Program-made: the position numbers and the translations under genes
The notes under the pieces: generated by a model
What the model was told of the DNA's origin: nothing
The model's input: only the letters and a program-made list of their open reading frames with translations
The model's database searches: none
NCBI GenBank assembly: GCA_951804945.1
Contig: OX638157.1
Location: forward strand, 58,714,001 to 58,778,000
Source: Podarcis cretensis
Lineage: Eukaryota
DNA: 64,000 nt
Direction: 5' to 3'
Shown: positions 11,961 through 25,480 of the stretch, piece by piece
How positions within the stretch are numbered: position 1 is the stretch's first letter
Layout: the number at the start of each line of letters is the position of its first letter

Positions 11961-13976
11961 GTGAGTTTGGAAGACCTCGGAGGCTCTTAAGAAAACGCCA
12001 ACCACAGCCTACTTGGCTTTTGTGACCTGGCTGCTGTTCATAACTGGAGTAATCTTCCGCTTTCATGCATAAATGTGCACACAGAGAGGGGGAGAACACT
12101 TTTGGGGGGACATGCTCTCGATGTTCCTGACCTTTTGGTGGCTATTGGCAGCAGTGTGAGTGGGACAATATCCAGCAGCCAGCAAAATGAGAAGGGAATA
12201 GAATTGCAATGCACTGAAATGATGAGAGGTGAATGGCATATGGGCTAGGAAAAAGGTTCTTCAAGCACAAGAATAGGATGTGGATCCCTGTAGTGGTTAT
12301 GGAAACCAAAGGAAATGAACCATAGTCATATTAGTTATTCTCTTGGTGTATGTGACTAAATTAAATATACCACTACACTACATGACGATTTGACTTTTCA
12401 GGCATTAATGAGCTCAGGTTCTTACCTTCTGCATTTTATTTTCAAAATTTACCCTATAAAGTTGGTTGGGCTGATGTGACTTGCCCATTGTCAACCTGTA
12501 AACAAAATTGCTAGTGGAGAATTGACCTCTTGCCTCCCATGTCCCACTCCAACACTTTTTCTACTATGCCACACTTGTGCACAAGCCACGTGTAGATTCC
12601 AAAGATAAAATTATGCTCTCTGAGAGGTCAACATCAAACAATCCCCAGATTGCCTTTGATGACATGCCTCTTTTGACAAGGAGGACAAAGCCTTTGATGT
12701 CACTGCAAACATCCAGCATATTTTCTAAATAGTGGTATAGATAGTTTTTTTTTTTTTTTTTTTTTTTGCAAATAAATAATTTTTGCTAATATAATTCTTA
12801 GAACAATTACTTGGTTTCTCTTGTCTTCAACCGTTGTGTGAATAATGTTGGGTGTGTGGTGCAGCATTCATCTTCCTTTTGAAGACAAAGCAGCAAGAGT
12901 TTCTCAGATTGTCATCGAACATGAGGCCCCCGTGCTTATTCCTGAAATTCTCACTGCATAGAGCAACCAGTGTGGTCCTGGGAATGTGCACGCATGGAAG
13001 AAGCAGTTTCTGACTCTGTGTTAATGTGAATAACTGCTGGGAATTTGCAGCCAGGACTAGGCAAATGCAGAGACCCATTTCTCAGTCACTGCCAGGAAGC
13101 AACAGCTGGGACTGGGGGACATGATTGGTTAGGCATTGTTCCTCCACATGGGTATATCCCTTGGGATGCTCTGCATGGAAAACGCTTCACAGTTCCACCC
13201 AGTTGGTTGCTGTAAATATTAAATAAATTAACTGTTTGTGCTGTCAGTTGGTACAATGTTGTTGCTAGAAATAACAATACAATGCATTGCAACAACAGGG
13301 CACCCGTGAAATAAAGTCATAGCATGTAGAAAAATGAACTCACGCTGTAGCAAAAAAAAAGAAGAAGCACTAAATAGACTGAAAATGCACATTTCCTCGT
13401 GAAGCATGTATTCTAAGAAGAATGTAGAGTTTTTGACAAGATTTCCAGAAAATGGGGTAAGGCCAATGCTATTCCCACTCAAAGTAGATCCACTGAACTT
13501 ACTGGAAATGGCTGACTTAAATTCATTAATTTCAGTGTGTCAACTTTGAGTAGAATTAGCACTGGGTACAATTTGCTATCTCATTTCATTGCTTCATCAA
13601 AACCAACTTAGAAATGAGGAATTTCTCATGGTAACAGCTGAAAATAACCTTCTGGCCTGTATCGGGTCTCTTCCAAAAAACCATATTATCCGATGTGAGT
13701 CATCTGCAGTTTCCCAAATGGGGATTTATTGTTTCCAAAATAGAAATTTATTCCCAACATTAGGAAGGGGCACAAGGCTGCAACATAACACAAAACCACA
13801 TCCAGAATAGAGAAGAGCAGAGATATGGCCTCAATAGCCCAATATGTATCAATAACAGCGAAAGATTCCACAGCATTAAATATATAATAATGCCTAGTAA
13901 ATACATGTAGGTTTTGTCTTTTACAATTCTTATAATTGCATTGTGATGTCCATTGTTTTTGTTCCATTTCATTAAG

Positions 13977-14132
13977 GTACATCAAGTGTAGCAAGAGCGT
14001 GGAGTGGTACCTTTGATGAACTCCTTGGGAAACAAATTGGTTACTTTTTCAGGACCTACTTCAGAATGAATTACTCAGGTCTAGCAGAGTACCCAGATTT
14101 TTTTGCTGTCTGCCTTATATTGCTCCTAGCAG
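13977..14132 (+). CDS. SLC7A2: SLC7A2 coding exon 2
   Basis: [22 protein letters not shown]...[16 protein letters not shown]; AG/GT borders, 156 nt, phase consistent. Confidence 0.96.
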
Positions 14133-15363
14133 GTAAAATATATATACTTAATATTCATTTTTCTTATCGTCATTTTGTTAATGGGGAAATTCTGCCCAGA
14201 TGGCAGGGTATGTTTAGCCTCAAGCATGACGTATCAGCAAGTTTAGGAATCCCATCAAGCTGTGGGCCAAAAAAATTGGTTCTAGTTTTTATTCTGTCAT
14301 TTTTGTTTCCTTTTGAACAATATCTTCATACCTCAGTTTAGGTCTATGATATCCTAATTTCTAGTGGAGCTCACACATGCATATCCTTGCAATTCTAGAT
14401 TATAATTTATTGAACTACTTGTGGAAATGTTTGTGCGTGTACTGGATATGTATCATACAAGGGTACAATCTTTAGGAAATGAAAATGAAAATTCTAATCC
14501 AGTGCAGCCCATTTTTGAAGAAATGTTTATTTTAAACATATTCATTACTGGATTAATCTGCTCCAGTAAAAGTTAGCAAGAGTAGCTAGATAACTTTGTT
14601 CTTCATATCATTTATATTTGTAATAATATAATAATAATAATAGTTGTTGTTGTTCTTTTATTTATACCCCACCCATCTGGCTGGGTTTCCCCAGCCACTC
14701 TCAGCAACTTAAAGCATATGTAAAAGCATAATAAAAACATCAAGTGTTAAAAACCTCCCAAACAGGGCTGCCTTCAAGTGTCTTCTAAAAAATAATATTA
14801 ATTGTATTGCTTTTGGTCAGAAAAATAGACTTAATGTCAGAGATATAAGTTTGAGCTCTCGACTATTGCCTCTTCTTCTCAAGCCAGGGCTGGTCCACAC
14901 ATTCACTAGTCTAGGAATCTCATATGCATAATGAGTAAGAAGCTTATGCCCATGTTACCTGTTGCATGTACAATGCTATGCCCTTCACGGGTAGATGCAT
15001 ATGTACAATTCCAACAATCTCCCTAACTCGAAGGCCATGTGGAATTTAAAAATAATCACCATCAGGTAGAGTTGTGTTGTGCGTGTGCTGGTGGATATAA
15101 GGCCATTTGCTTCTGACCTGTGAAAGGGATTTCTAGGTGGAGCTTATCTCCTATTCTGAGGTCATGTTTACATCCCCAGAGAAAAATATGGACTTGAATG
15201 CTTTCTGTGTGTACAGAATTTCCAGCTTGGTGAGTCTGTGAACCAGCCTTATGAGATAGCTCATGTAAACAAAACATTATCAAATTGTAATAAGCATACT
15301 ATTAGAAATGCTAACATGTAGACCTTAATCATGTTACTTAATTTAAAAAATATTGTTTTATAG

Positions 15364-15529
15364 GCCTATTATCATTTGGAGTCAAAGAATCTGCATGGGT
15401 GAATAAAATCTTCACTGCTGTTAACATCTTGGTCCTCCTCTTCGTGATGACTTCTGGTTTTGTGAAAGGCGATCTTCATAACTGGAAGAAAACAGAAGAA
15501 TTTCTTATAAACTACACAGTATACATAGA
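15364..15529 (+). CDS. SLC7A2: SLC7A2 coding exon 3
   Basis: [42 protein letters not shown]...; 166 nt, AG/GT (not in the ORF track). Confidence 0.94.
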
Positions 15530-16425
15530 GTAATACAGGGTTTTTGTGTTTGCTTTACTGCTTTGGTTGCTTAGAATGGAGATAATAATCTATAAGCTAT
15601 GTGATGGGATTTATCCATGTTTTAATAAAAATAAATGTAACCTTTTAGATTTAATGCCCAACTAACAGTTGCATCGTCAACCGAGAGTGAGAAAAGCATT
15701 TTATTTTATTTTTGGCTAGAGGTCAGACATTTTCAATGTCACATTTTGGTTGTAATATCCTGGCTTGATCCAAAGCTGGAAACCATAATTTCCAGCTTTG
15801 GGTGAAAAAGGAAAGCAGTAAATTACAGGCTTCCTGATTTAATCACCTCAAAAGGGAAAACAGAAAAGCAAAACAGCTGCTTATACAGGCAAAGGGTTTG
15901 TGCATTTCTCATCTTATTAGGCCAACATCATCATCCAAGCTAGTTCATTATGGTCCTCATAGGCAGTTCATTTTTCATGCAGTGAATACTGCTAAATACC
16001 ACATCCGTACGCAGGGAAACTTGTCACAGAGCTGCAAAATCCCTCTGATAGCAATAAGTAGCTAAAAGTGAGTTCTAAATGTCCTGACATTTTCGGTGCT
16101 TAAGTCCAAACCTGCAATTTCAATGTGCATTGGGCTTTGAACCCTGCACTGTTTCCATGCTCAGCTCATATCTTTCTGTGCTACGTATGGGAACAGTCAT
16201 GGCATCGAGACTTTAAATGTATTTGGGGGGTGGTTCTGACACTTCAGGAAAAAGGGCAATAAAGCAAAGAATAAAAAGCACCTGTGCACAATTAACCTTT
16301 GATTTATGTGTGTGAATGTTGAGAGCCACTGTTGTGCACCCAACCACTCAAGTTATGATGTGGGGTTTGTAAGTCCCATGCCTACACAGGATACGACGTA
16401 ATGATTATTATTTGGGTTTTTTTAG

Positions 16426-16562
16426 AAACCTGTCATCTTCTGAAAATGTGACAAGTGCATTTGGAGTTGGTGGCTTCATGCCATATGGCTTTACAGGAAC
16501 ACTGGCTGGTGCTGCAACCTGCTTTTATGCTTTTATAGGATTTGATTGCATCGCAACAACTG
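16426..16562 (+). CDS. SLC7A2: SLC7A2 coding exon 4
   Basis: [45 protein letters not shown]; donor GTAAGC. Confidence 0.95.
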
Positions 16563-18263
16563 GTAAGCTGCCTTTAAAAAAAAGGGCCATGCAGTTGAAG
16601 TTGTGATTTACATGTGCTGGAGCTGTAGTGTAAAACCACTGTGTTCCTATAGCATGATCCTATACATTTTAGAGAAAGACCTGCAGACGCAATGCTAGAG
16701 TGCATGCTTTGCATTCAAAAGGCTCTTGGTTCTCAGGGTTGCTATATTTCAAAAAGTGACATGTGTTGCCATACGTCCAGATTTTCCAGGACATTTTGAC
16801 AATTTCCACCCAGACACTGCTTCCGAATGCAGCATTCCAGATATGTCTGGGGAATTCTGGACTATGGCAACCCTATTGTTTCTTCACTTGATGGTGTTTC
16901 CAGTTAAAAGGATTTCCAGTAGCAGGGCTGAAAGAGACCTTTGCTTGAGTCTGTAGGCAGGTTGCTAAGCTTTTTGGACCTGTGGGCACTTTTGCAAACT
17001 GTACACACAGAGATGAGCAGTCACACTGCAGCCTATTCTACTGGCTACAACAGAATGCTTCTTTCAAGCCTAATTTTCAGCAGGGGGGAGGTGGAGGTAA
17101 CCCTGTGATCATTGTGGAGGGTCTCTGTGGGCGCATGTGTGCCCACAGGCACTATGTTGGCAACCTCTGTTATTACTCCAGGTAAGCATGCATAGGGGTT
17201 GCAGAGCAGAAGCCACCAAACACTCTGATGCAATCTTTGTTCATTCCTCTCTTGGCCTGAAAATCTTACCAACTCTGCCCCATTCATTCTGTATCACAAA
17301 CAGAATGGCAAGATCTGTTTCTTGCCGCACTTTAAAATCCATTCAGCATGATAATCTGTAATTGACATAAATTACATAGGCCAAAGGAGAGACATCTTGT
17401 CCTCCTTTTTAATTTGTTGCATGTTCTAAAAAGGCATTAAATCGGTTTTAAGAACCATGTTATCTGTCTCTCCAAGGCATATATATTAAGTTCTACTTTG
17501 TGACTTCATGCTCAGTCGCCCCTAATAATTGGAAATATCATGCGTAGGCTCAGTACACTGAGAACCTCTAAAACCTGCTTTCTCAGCCAGAGGTAGCATA
17601 CAGTGTTTCTATGGTAGTTTTTTTCCACTCCTACATTACACCATTTGCTCCCTCACTTGGCTTAGAGTATTCACAAGTTTCTATCAAAGAGCTATGTTTT
17701 CATTTCCTCTTCCTCACTCCCTGTATCATCCAGGCTGGTTTGTTTGTTTTTGGCCTGTAGCAATTTTTTGAACTTTCATTGCAATCACAGACCAATCCTA
17801 TCAGACAAAGCACTTTTATCTTACCTGGTTTGAAGGTGTTATTGGTGACCCTGTAGTAGTGCCTCTGTGCTTTGCTTACCTGCCCACTATCCCTTTTCCA
17901 CTACCTGTTTGACGACACCACCCTTTTTCCCCCTCTCTCTCTCAGCACAATAGCAGTTATTTCTGAATTAGCATGCGTAGTACTGTGCTGCTGTGATATA
18001 TAAATTGGTGTATTTTAAAATATCCCCCCCCCCGGCCAATAATACTTGTTTTTATCTTCACAAATCACACAGAATTCAATTTAGACCAGTAACTTGATCC
18101 CATCTGGAGTTTCTGTGTTTTTCAGTACTCCTGCTAGATAAAAAGTAAAGTCTTTTGTATAAAAAATAAATCTCACTTTGCCCAAGTGGACACACAATCT
18201 CACTGTTTGCCATCTTCCGTACTCTTATTCACACTAAGAATAAAATGTCGTTTTTCTCCATAG

Positions 18264-18486
18264 GGGAAGAAGTCAAGAATCCCCAGAAAGCCATACCTAT
18301 TGGGATTGTAACTTCCTTGCTTGTCTGCTTCTTGGCCTACTTTGGTGTTTCAGCTGCTTTAACTCTGATGATGCCGTACTATTTAATTGATGAGAAAAGT
18401 CCTCTCCCTGTAGCCTTTGAGTATGTCGGATGGGGCCCAGCGAAATATGTTGTAGCAGTGGGATCTCTGTGTGCTTTATCGACAAG
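18264..18486 (+). CDS. SLC7A2: SLC7A2 coding exon 5
   Basis: [40 protein letters not shown]...[10 protein letters not shown]; 223 nt. Confidence 0.97.
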
Positions 18487-20715
18487 GTAAAAATAAGGAA
18501 AACTAAGTCATTGCCAGGAAAATGGAGCTATTTTTAAAAGTTTTGATTCATTAGGTTTGCTAAACAGAGATGTTTAGAATAATAATGTAGTTTGTTACGG
18601 GTCAAATGTAGCTCAGCTGTGTAAGTCAACTATTTAAGTTCTTATTTTGTGAACTTTTTCCTTGTGAAAGGAAAAGTTACGTTCATGAGTTCATCTCTTT
18701 CTGCCTGTGCTAATTTATTGACCATCATATTTGCTGAATATTGTTAAGAATGCACTGGAGTAATATTAAAATACATGTAGTAGTGTGGGTAATGAAAGTA
18801 TATTTAAGTACTTTTTCCAGGCTTGGATTCTTGGGGGTTTTTTGGGGTTTTTTTTTAAAAAAGCATATATTGAAAATGCATGTTTTAACATAATTTTGGT
18901 GTAAAATCAGGGGAAGTGTAATTTTGCAGAAACCTTATGCTCAAATTTGTCTGAACTATCCAAAATCCATCATGAAAGTGTCTGCATTTCTAAATATAAG
19001 CATGTACTAAAGAAGCTGCATCTAATTTGGGCTTCATAAATCACTTACACTGGCTGCGTTTCCACTTGAAGTGGCTTTACCATAGGAATCATAAGGTTGG
19101 AAAAGACCCCCACGATTATTAGGACCACCCTTCCTGTCCTACTCAGTTCAAAGTAAATGTGGCTTAATTGCAAATTGCTCAAGCAAGCATTTAGTGCAGG
19201 GATTCAGTGTTTTTAAAACTTACCAGGGCTGTACAAGCTTCCTAACATTTGCATATGCTTATTTCATTAACAGTGCCGAGGCTGCTTAGCTGATATGGCA
19301 TTTAAAATCATACAGTTTAGCATACACTGTGACCTGTTTAGCATCCTGCAGCGAATTAAGTAAGATGTCACGTTTACTTCACTTTTGTCAAATGCAGACA
19401 TATCACACCTAGTCGCTTGATCATGTCCCGGTGCCTCCATATGGGCTTGTTGCAGCAGGGACACTGCATACAAGCTGACTGGGATTAATGTTTACAAGAG
19501 AGCAGGCAGACCTTGGGCCACCCTGTAAAAGACCCATAAGATATCTGGGAATCTGGCAATGTGCAGATTCTGGAGCAGACCCCAGTCCAGTCCAAGTCCA
19601 GGAGGATTGGATCACTGGGTCTGTCAGATTGTTTCACCAATCCTATTTGGCATGAGGGTTCCGTTAGAACACAGATTGGGCAAAGAGGTACTTAACAAGA
19701 ATGAAGTTTTAGCCTTAAATGACTTAATACATGATATAATGGGTTTTTGGCATTTTAAGAAAGTGTTTTCTGATATTGCCTGTTTCAATCCTGCTGCCTG
19801 GTGCAATCATTCAAGGTGCTGGTGACGCTTAATTGCATTGCAAGTATTACTACATGTTTTCTACTGGTATACCATTTTGGGGGGAAACTGCAGTGAAGGC
19901 TCAAGTTTCTTCAGTTTTGAGTATTTTACTCCAACTGTTACAGGCATTCTAAAATCATAAATAAAACAAATCACATGATCACAAGTGACTAATGGTGTAA
20001 TATATAGCATTAAGATATTAATAGTTAAATTGATAGATTTTTCAGTCAATTAAAAAAAAAAGTAAACCACAAGAGTTACCATTACAATTCACCAGGTTAA
20101 TCTAACATTTTGGGGCCTTCCTCTGCAAACCTGGAGGTTTTGTGTCAGCAGCTTATCTTTGAAATATGGGTAGGAATATTACCGTAATTCTGCCTTAATC
20201 ATTGGCATAGGACAGATCACTTAATTAGGTTTGAAACAAACCTCTCTTCAGAGGATATAGGAAATAACGACACAAGAATTTTACTGTGAGGACCCTGCAA
20301 CGCCCAAGTAGAAAAGTGTAGTTGAGGTTCCACCCCTCCAAATATTGTGAGGAAATCTTTGTGCCTGTGACAGATGCAATGTGATCTCTGTGGTGAAGAA
20401 GGTGAGGGTGTTGCTCCATACAGAGAAATACATTCTGTGATCCCTGAAAGTGTTTGAAATACTGTAGACCATAAAGGCTGCAAAGTACTCTGTGCATTAA
20501 AAAAAAAAAAAGCCTGCACACAATATATAAAAATTAATTGAATGGTTGAAGAAACTTGTGTCTTAACTGCAGTGTATCTCATGTACAATTTTATCTCCAT
20601 CCCATCCCACATTTCTGGTATCGTATGCTGTTAATTGGCCTTGTTTCTTTTTTGCTCTAATGCATTGCATGACTTTGTGTTGGCCATGTTGCATGTTCTT
20701 TTGCTTTTTATCCAG

Positions 20716-20855
20716 TCTCCTTGGATCCATTTTCCCAATGCCGCGTGTAATCTATGCTATGGCGGAGGATGGGTTGCTTTTCAAATGTCTAGCTCGTATC
20801 AATCCCAAAACGAAGACTCCTCTTGTTGCTACTTTGTCATCAGGTGCTGTAGCAG
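20716..20855 (+). CDS. SLC7A2: SLC7A2 mutually exclusive exon, CAT-2B (high-affinity) type
   Basis: [47 protein letters not shown]; 140 nt; the MAED and IN residues are typical of CAT-2B. Confidence 0.95.
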
Positions 20856-21131
20856 GTGAGGCTCTAAGCAAATTTATTATCAGGAAAAGGGACATCTTCA
20901 CCCATGATCAAATGTAGATTCTGAAGCAGTTGCAGCTCAAATGATAAAATCTGAATCTCAAGAGTTCAACTATTAAACCTTTGGTGTTTGTTTCCAGCCT
21001 CGCTTTTGGTTATTGGAAGTGCATTTTACACATATAGTTTCCCTTTTCTTCCCATGTCTGTGTTTTGGATTGTCTGTTAGTGCATAATATTCTTACTGTG
21101 GCATTTGAACAATTACATTTTTTTGTTCTAG

Positions 21132-21268
21132 TCTTCTGGGCTCTATGTTCCCTTTGCCCCGCATTCTGTTTGCCATGGCACGAGATGGTTTACTCTTTAG
21201 ATTTCTTGCCAAAGTGAGCAAGAGGCAGTCTCCAGTTGCTGCCACAATGACAGCAGGGCTCATCTCCG
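21132..21268 (+). CDS. SLC7A2: SLC7A2 mutually exclusive exon, CAT-2A (low-affinity) type
   Basis: [46 protein letters not shown]; 137 nt, same phases as the preceding exon; MARD Arg and a 1-aa shorter loop as in CAT-2A. Confidence 0.95.
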
Positions 21269-22118
21269 GTAAGCTCTTAAAGCAGGTCTTGCCTAACTGG
21301 GACCTCAACCCCGTTTTCACGTGCAAAATTTATGTTAATAAGATGGGCCTGCTTGCTAACTTCCTGTGCATGCAAATTGGGGACAAAACTGCTGACTAAT
21401 CAGAAGAAGCAACAATTCTGAATTGTGGTGGCGGTGCTGGTGCTGGTTGTGGAGGAGCAAGCTCATTGGAGGACCTCTCCAAAGCTTTCCTCTGCTGTGA
21501 CTAATGGTACCTTTTTATGCATATGCAAAGAAGGAAGTGTGGGTGAATAGCTATAAAACGTCCTTGCTTTCTCATTAAATTTTGCCATTTGGGCTATTTT
21601 CATCCCAGCCTTTCATATACTTCCTCTATAGTTAATATGTTGTTTAAAGTATATTTGACAATTTAATAACTGCAAATGTAGCATGAAAAGTATTCCCCTC
21701 CCCTGCCAATATGACATTAATATCTAAAGCTCAGCATAGATAGTCCCTCCATCTTAAACGGTGTTAAGATTAAATGTCTGGTTTTTTAAAGATTAAATAT
21801 TTAATACATGTCAATACCAACATATAACTGCTAATTATATTTTGCTTATAACTTTTGATGGCTAATGTTTGCAAAAAAGAAAGCAGATAAACAGAGGTGT
21901 CAGGATAGGTAATTTAGAGAATAACCATTTTCTTAAATTGTGGACTTGGTGCAGTCTTCCAAATCTTGGTTGCAGTTTTCTGTGACTTCAAATGAAAATG
22001 CAATGACACCTCTTTGCTAGCTTCTAACTTTTCAGTATGTTAAAGCTAGACTTTGTTTATTCATAGTGATATAATTGTATTAAGGTTAAACGGTTTTAAG
22101 TTAAAAGTGTAAGTGATA

Positions 22119-22522
22119 TGTGATGGGATGATGAGCTGCTTGTGCGTAAAAGCTTAGTCCCTCAGGGTTTGCTCAGCTTAGCAAAACTCTGTCTTTAGCG
22201 GAGCCCTTAAGCATGGCTCCCTCAGTCGCTGGCAGAATCCGACAGTGGGCGTTTGCGGAATCTCTTCCAACATAAAAGCTCCTTAACGGAAACGCGTCTT
22301 CTGGACTCTCGGCGTGACAGTTTCCGGCGAGGTGTGGGTGTCCCTATAGGAGGTCCTGAAACCTCCTCACTGTTTTCGCTGGAAGTGTCCCAGAGCCCTT
22401 TTTCCGACTCCCTTTCCCTCGGAGCTCCTTCTCTCCCCCTGCTGGTTCCTTCCTCTGCTGTTAAGTCTCTCCTAACCTCCTTGAGCCCTTCCACCACCTG
22501 CTCTGATGGCAGTTCCCTGACA
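22119..22522 (-). mobile_element. Solo-LTR-like element, copy 2, containing a conserved ORF
   Basis: TGTGATGGGA...TCCCTGACA termini, perfect 5-bp TSD TGATA (22114-18 / 22523-27). Confidence 0.85.
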
Positions 22523-23500
22523 TGATACAACTGAACCAATAGCAAGTTGCCCCTCTGAAATAAACACTGTAAAGACATCTCTGTGTCCCTCAAAATCATG
22601 ACTTCTAGCATTAAGCATAGTTACACATTGAATGTGCACCAGTTCATAGTTCCCTTGTAAACTATAATTTGAAGTAGGATTGCAGACTATTTTTTGGAGG
22701 GACATAAGCCATGGTTTGTTTTGATGCACATGCCATACCATGGATAATTGTAGCCTGGGAAGGGGACATAGTTTTGCTAGAGACTGGCTACTGATTTTAA
22801 ACCCTTGGTTGCAGGCAGCTAGCATGACCTCTGCAGAATACAACAGTACTGGGTTTTGTTTTGTTTTTCAAAAACTTTTTTCATCTGTGCCTTGCATAAG
22901 CCCTCAAATACTTTTGCTTAGTTTTAACACTGTTTTAAAGAGGGATTATCTTTTATGAGTGCTTGAAAGCTCAACACTTTTAATTCATTGCATGAGCTTT
23001 GTGTAGTAAAAGAAAAGAAGCAAGATTTGATATGGGCACAGCGTACCAGGAACATTTCCTATTTTTGCCTTATTAAAATGAGCCAGAAACAGCTTGCCAA
23101 ACTCCCATTTTATAGCATGGGAGATGCTCACAGTGTATTTTGCCTATTATGTCTATGCATGTATTTAAATTAATGGTGTCTGTCATGCAAAATGAGTTTA
23201 TACCATTTTCTCATGTGAAAGCCAAGTATTGAAACTACTGTGTAATGCCCTGATGGCACCAAATTTCAGAGGGGAATTAACTCAGTTCCCCTGAAGGTTA
23301 TAAAATGCTACTGCATTACTAAAATCTTAATTTTGGCCATAAAACGTTTAGAAGACAATGGTTTGCTTCAAATTGTATGAACGTTTTAAAGACCCTTAAG
23401 GGCAAGCGTTAAACGTTAATGGAGATGGTAGCAAATATTCATTTTCAGCTTAATACAGACATGTTTTTAATACTAGCTCTGCTTTGTCTTGTTTTTCTAG

Positions 23501-23603
23501 CTCTGATGGCTTTTCTCTTTGACCTAAAAGCATTAGTAGATATGATGTCCATTGGTACGCTTCTTGCGTACTCGCTAGTAGCAGCGTGTGTCCTCATTCT
23601 TAG
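23501..23603 (+). CDS. SLC7A2: SLC7A2 coding exon 7
   Basis: [35 protein letters not shown]; 103 nt. Confidence 0.97.
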
Positions 23604-24930
23604 GTGAGTTCTAATTTTGGGTTATTAACTAATTTGTTAGGCAATGTTGTCTAAATCCTTAAATGTTTTTGTTTCTGCCATAAAGTTATATATACATGAA
23701 ATTACACAAACAGACAGGATAGCCTTCAAATGCAGATTGTGCATGAGAGCAACTACCTTAGTACTTTTTAGAAGTTCACATTCCACTGCTGTACAAGTTT
23801 AGGTACTGCTGTAAACCGAGGAATGGGAGAATAAAAGTTGCTTGGCATCTAGGGCAACTTGTATGAAATAAAGCTCTGTTGTATAGTGGTTCTCACCTTT
23901 AAGTGCTTCTTTAATGCTTTCCATATGATGTTAGACTGCAAATCCCATCATCCCTCACTGGCTGGGGATGGTGGCAGTTGCCATTCAGCAACCACATTGG
24001 ATAGTTACCTTTTCGGAGCTTGAGACAGAGAAATGCTCAACACTAAGGCACCTCTAAGCTAGAAAGAGATGCTTTCTTAAAATAGCTGTGGCCTAATAAA
24101 TCTTGCATGCAAATTCTGTCTTCCATGCATCTTTGGTTCGGTAAAGCAGACCTATCTCTTGTGGTCTAATCCCAGCTCTGATTCCTTATAAATATCCTGT
24201 GGACTAGGAGTTCGCCCCTTTGGTTGTGCTCTGCTCCTGGGGCTGATGGGTTTACCATATTGAGGGATTTCTGGGGCCAGTGGTGCCGTTATTGAGAGTT
24301 ATAATGCATATGAAGGGATTCACCATATATTGGCCTTTCTGGTTAGGCCAGAAATGGTCATTAACAGCCCCCATACATGTCAGGCAACCCTCCTGCAATT
24401 TCCCAAGGAAAACACTTGAGTGTTTATGTGGGGGGGTGCTGCTGGCCAATGCTGCCTTTGGACACATGGGCTGCCTTCAGTCAGTGGTGCCCAGTGCTCA
24501 TCTGGTCTTTCCTGGGGGGTGGGGAGGGAGGCTAGGCAGTGTAATAGCCAGCATTGTTGGGTGCCACTGCCCAAAGACATGCAGGACTCCTTCAGGCAGC
24601 GATGACCAATACTTCCCCAGATGTGACTGATGCTGGCTTCTTTCCCTACTTGCTGTGCATCTTTGAAACATTAAGAGAATCTGGACCTGAATGTCCTTCC
24701 TGTAATATGCAGATTTCAGTGACTGTAAGACTGCATATTGGTGGCAACTCTGGCTCTATTGCCTGAATTAAATATCAATAACAAATGGTGCAATAATGCC
24801 ACCCAAAATATAGAGTCATGTCTTTTCTTGCTGTAGGCCTTGTAGATTATAATACATTGTGCCTTTAATTTTTATTTTCTGTGAACCTCACCATACACAA
24901 ATGTATTTGTGTGTGTATGTGCACAAACAG

Positions 24931-25133
24931 GTACCAACCCAGTTTAAACTATGAACAGCCAAAATATTCAGCAGAAAAAGAGGCTCTTGCGGGATCAGAG
25001 AGAGAAAGTACGAATGAATCTCAAATGAGTATGGTACCAGGACACAGTTTCAGCTTACAAACACTGATTAATCCATCAAGTTTGCCCACGGAACAGTCTG
25101 CCACCATGGTTAGCTTTCTTGTATGTCTGTTGG
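24931..25133 (+). CDS. SLC7A2: SLC7A2 coding exon 8
   Basis: YQPSLNYEQPKYS...LPTEQSATMVSFLVCLL; CAG/GTAAGT borders. Confidence 0.94.
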
Positions 25134-25480
25134 GTAAGTCAAAAGCTATCTAAATACTTGGACTATCTCGGAAGTGTCAACTGATAAGCAAAATGCATTG
25201 AAACAAAATGACGGATCAGATTCACTTATTCTTTTGAACTTGTCCAAAATTTCAAGTATGGAAAAAGAGGGAGAGGAGCCTTTGCATCCCCAATTAATTG
25301 GAGTAAACATGACTGCAAGTCTAATTTTGTTTTGACAGCCTAATTCAAAACAAAGGAATGTACAGTATTGGTTTTTACCTGTCAATATTGCTGAAGCTTT
25401 ATGTCACTTAAACATTTGAGATTTTGAAATGCTCTCTTTGTTGTTGTCCCCCCCCCCCCATTTTGATTGCCTCTGTTTAG

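Noticed and set aside
22222-22611. 129-aa ORF (and 4970-5302) as a stand-alone host gene
   Set aside because: The start codons lie in unrelated flanking DNA outside the TSD-bounded elements; homology stops exactly at TGTCAGGGA.
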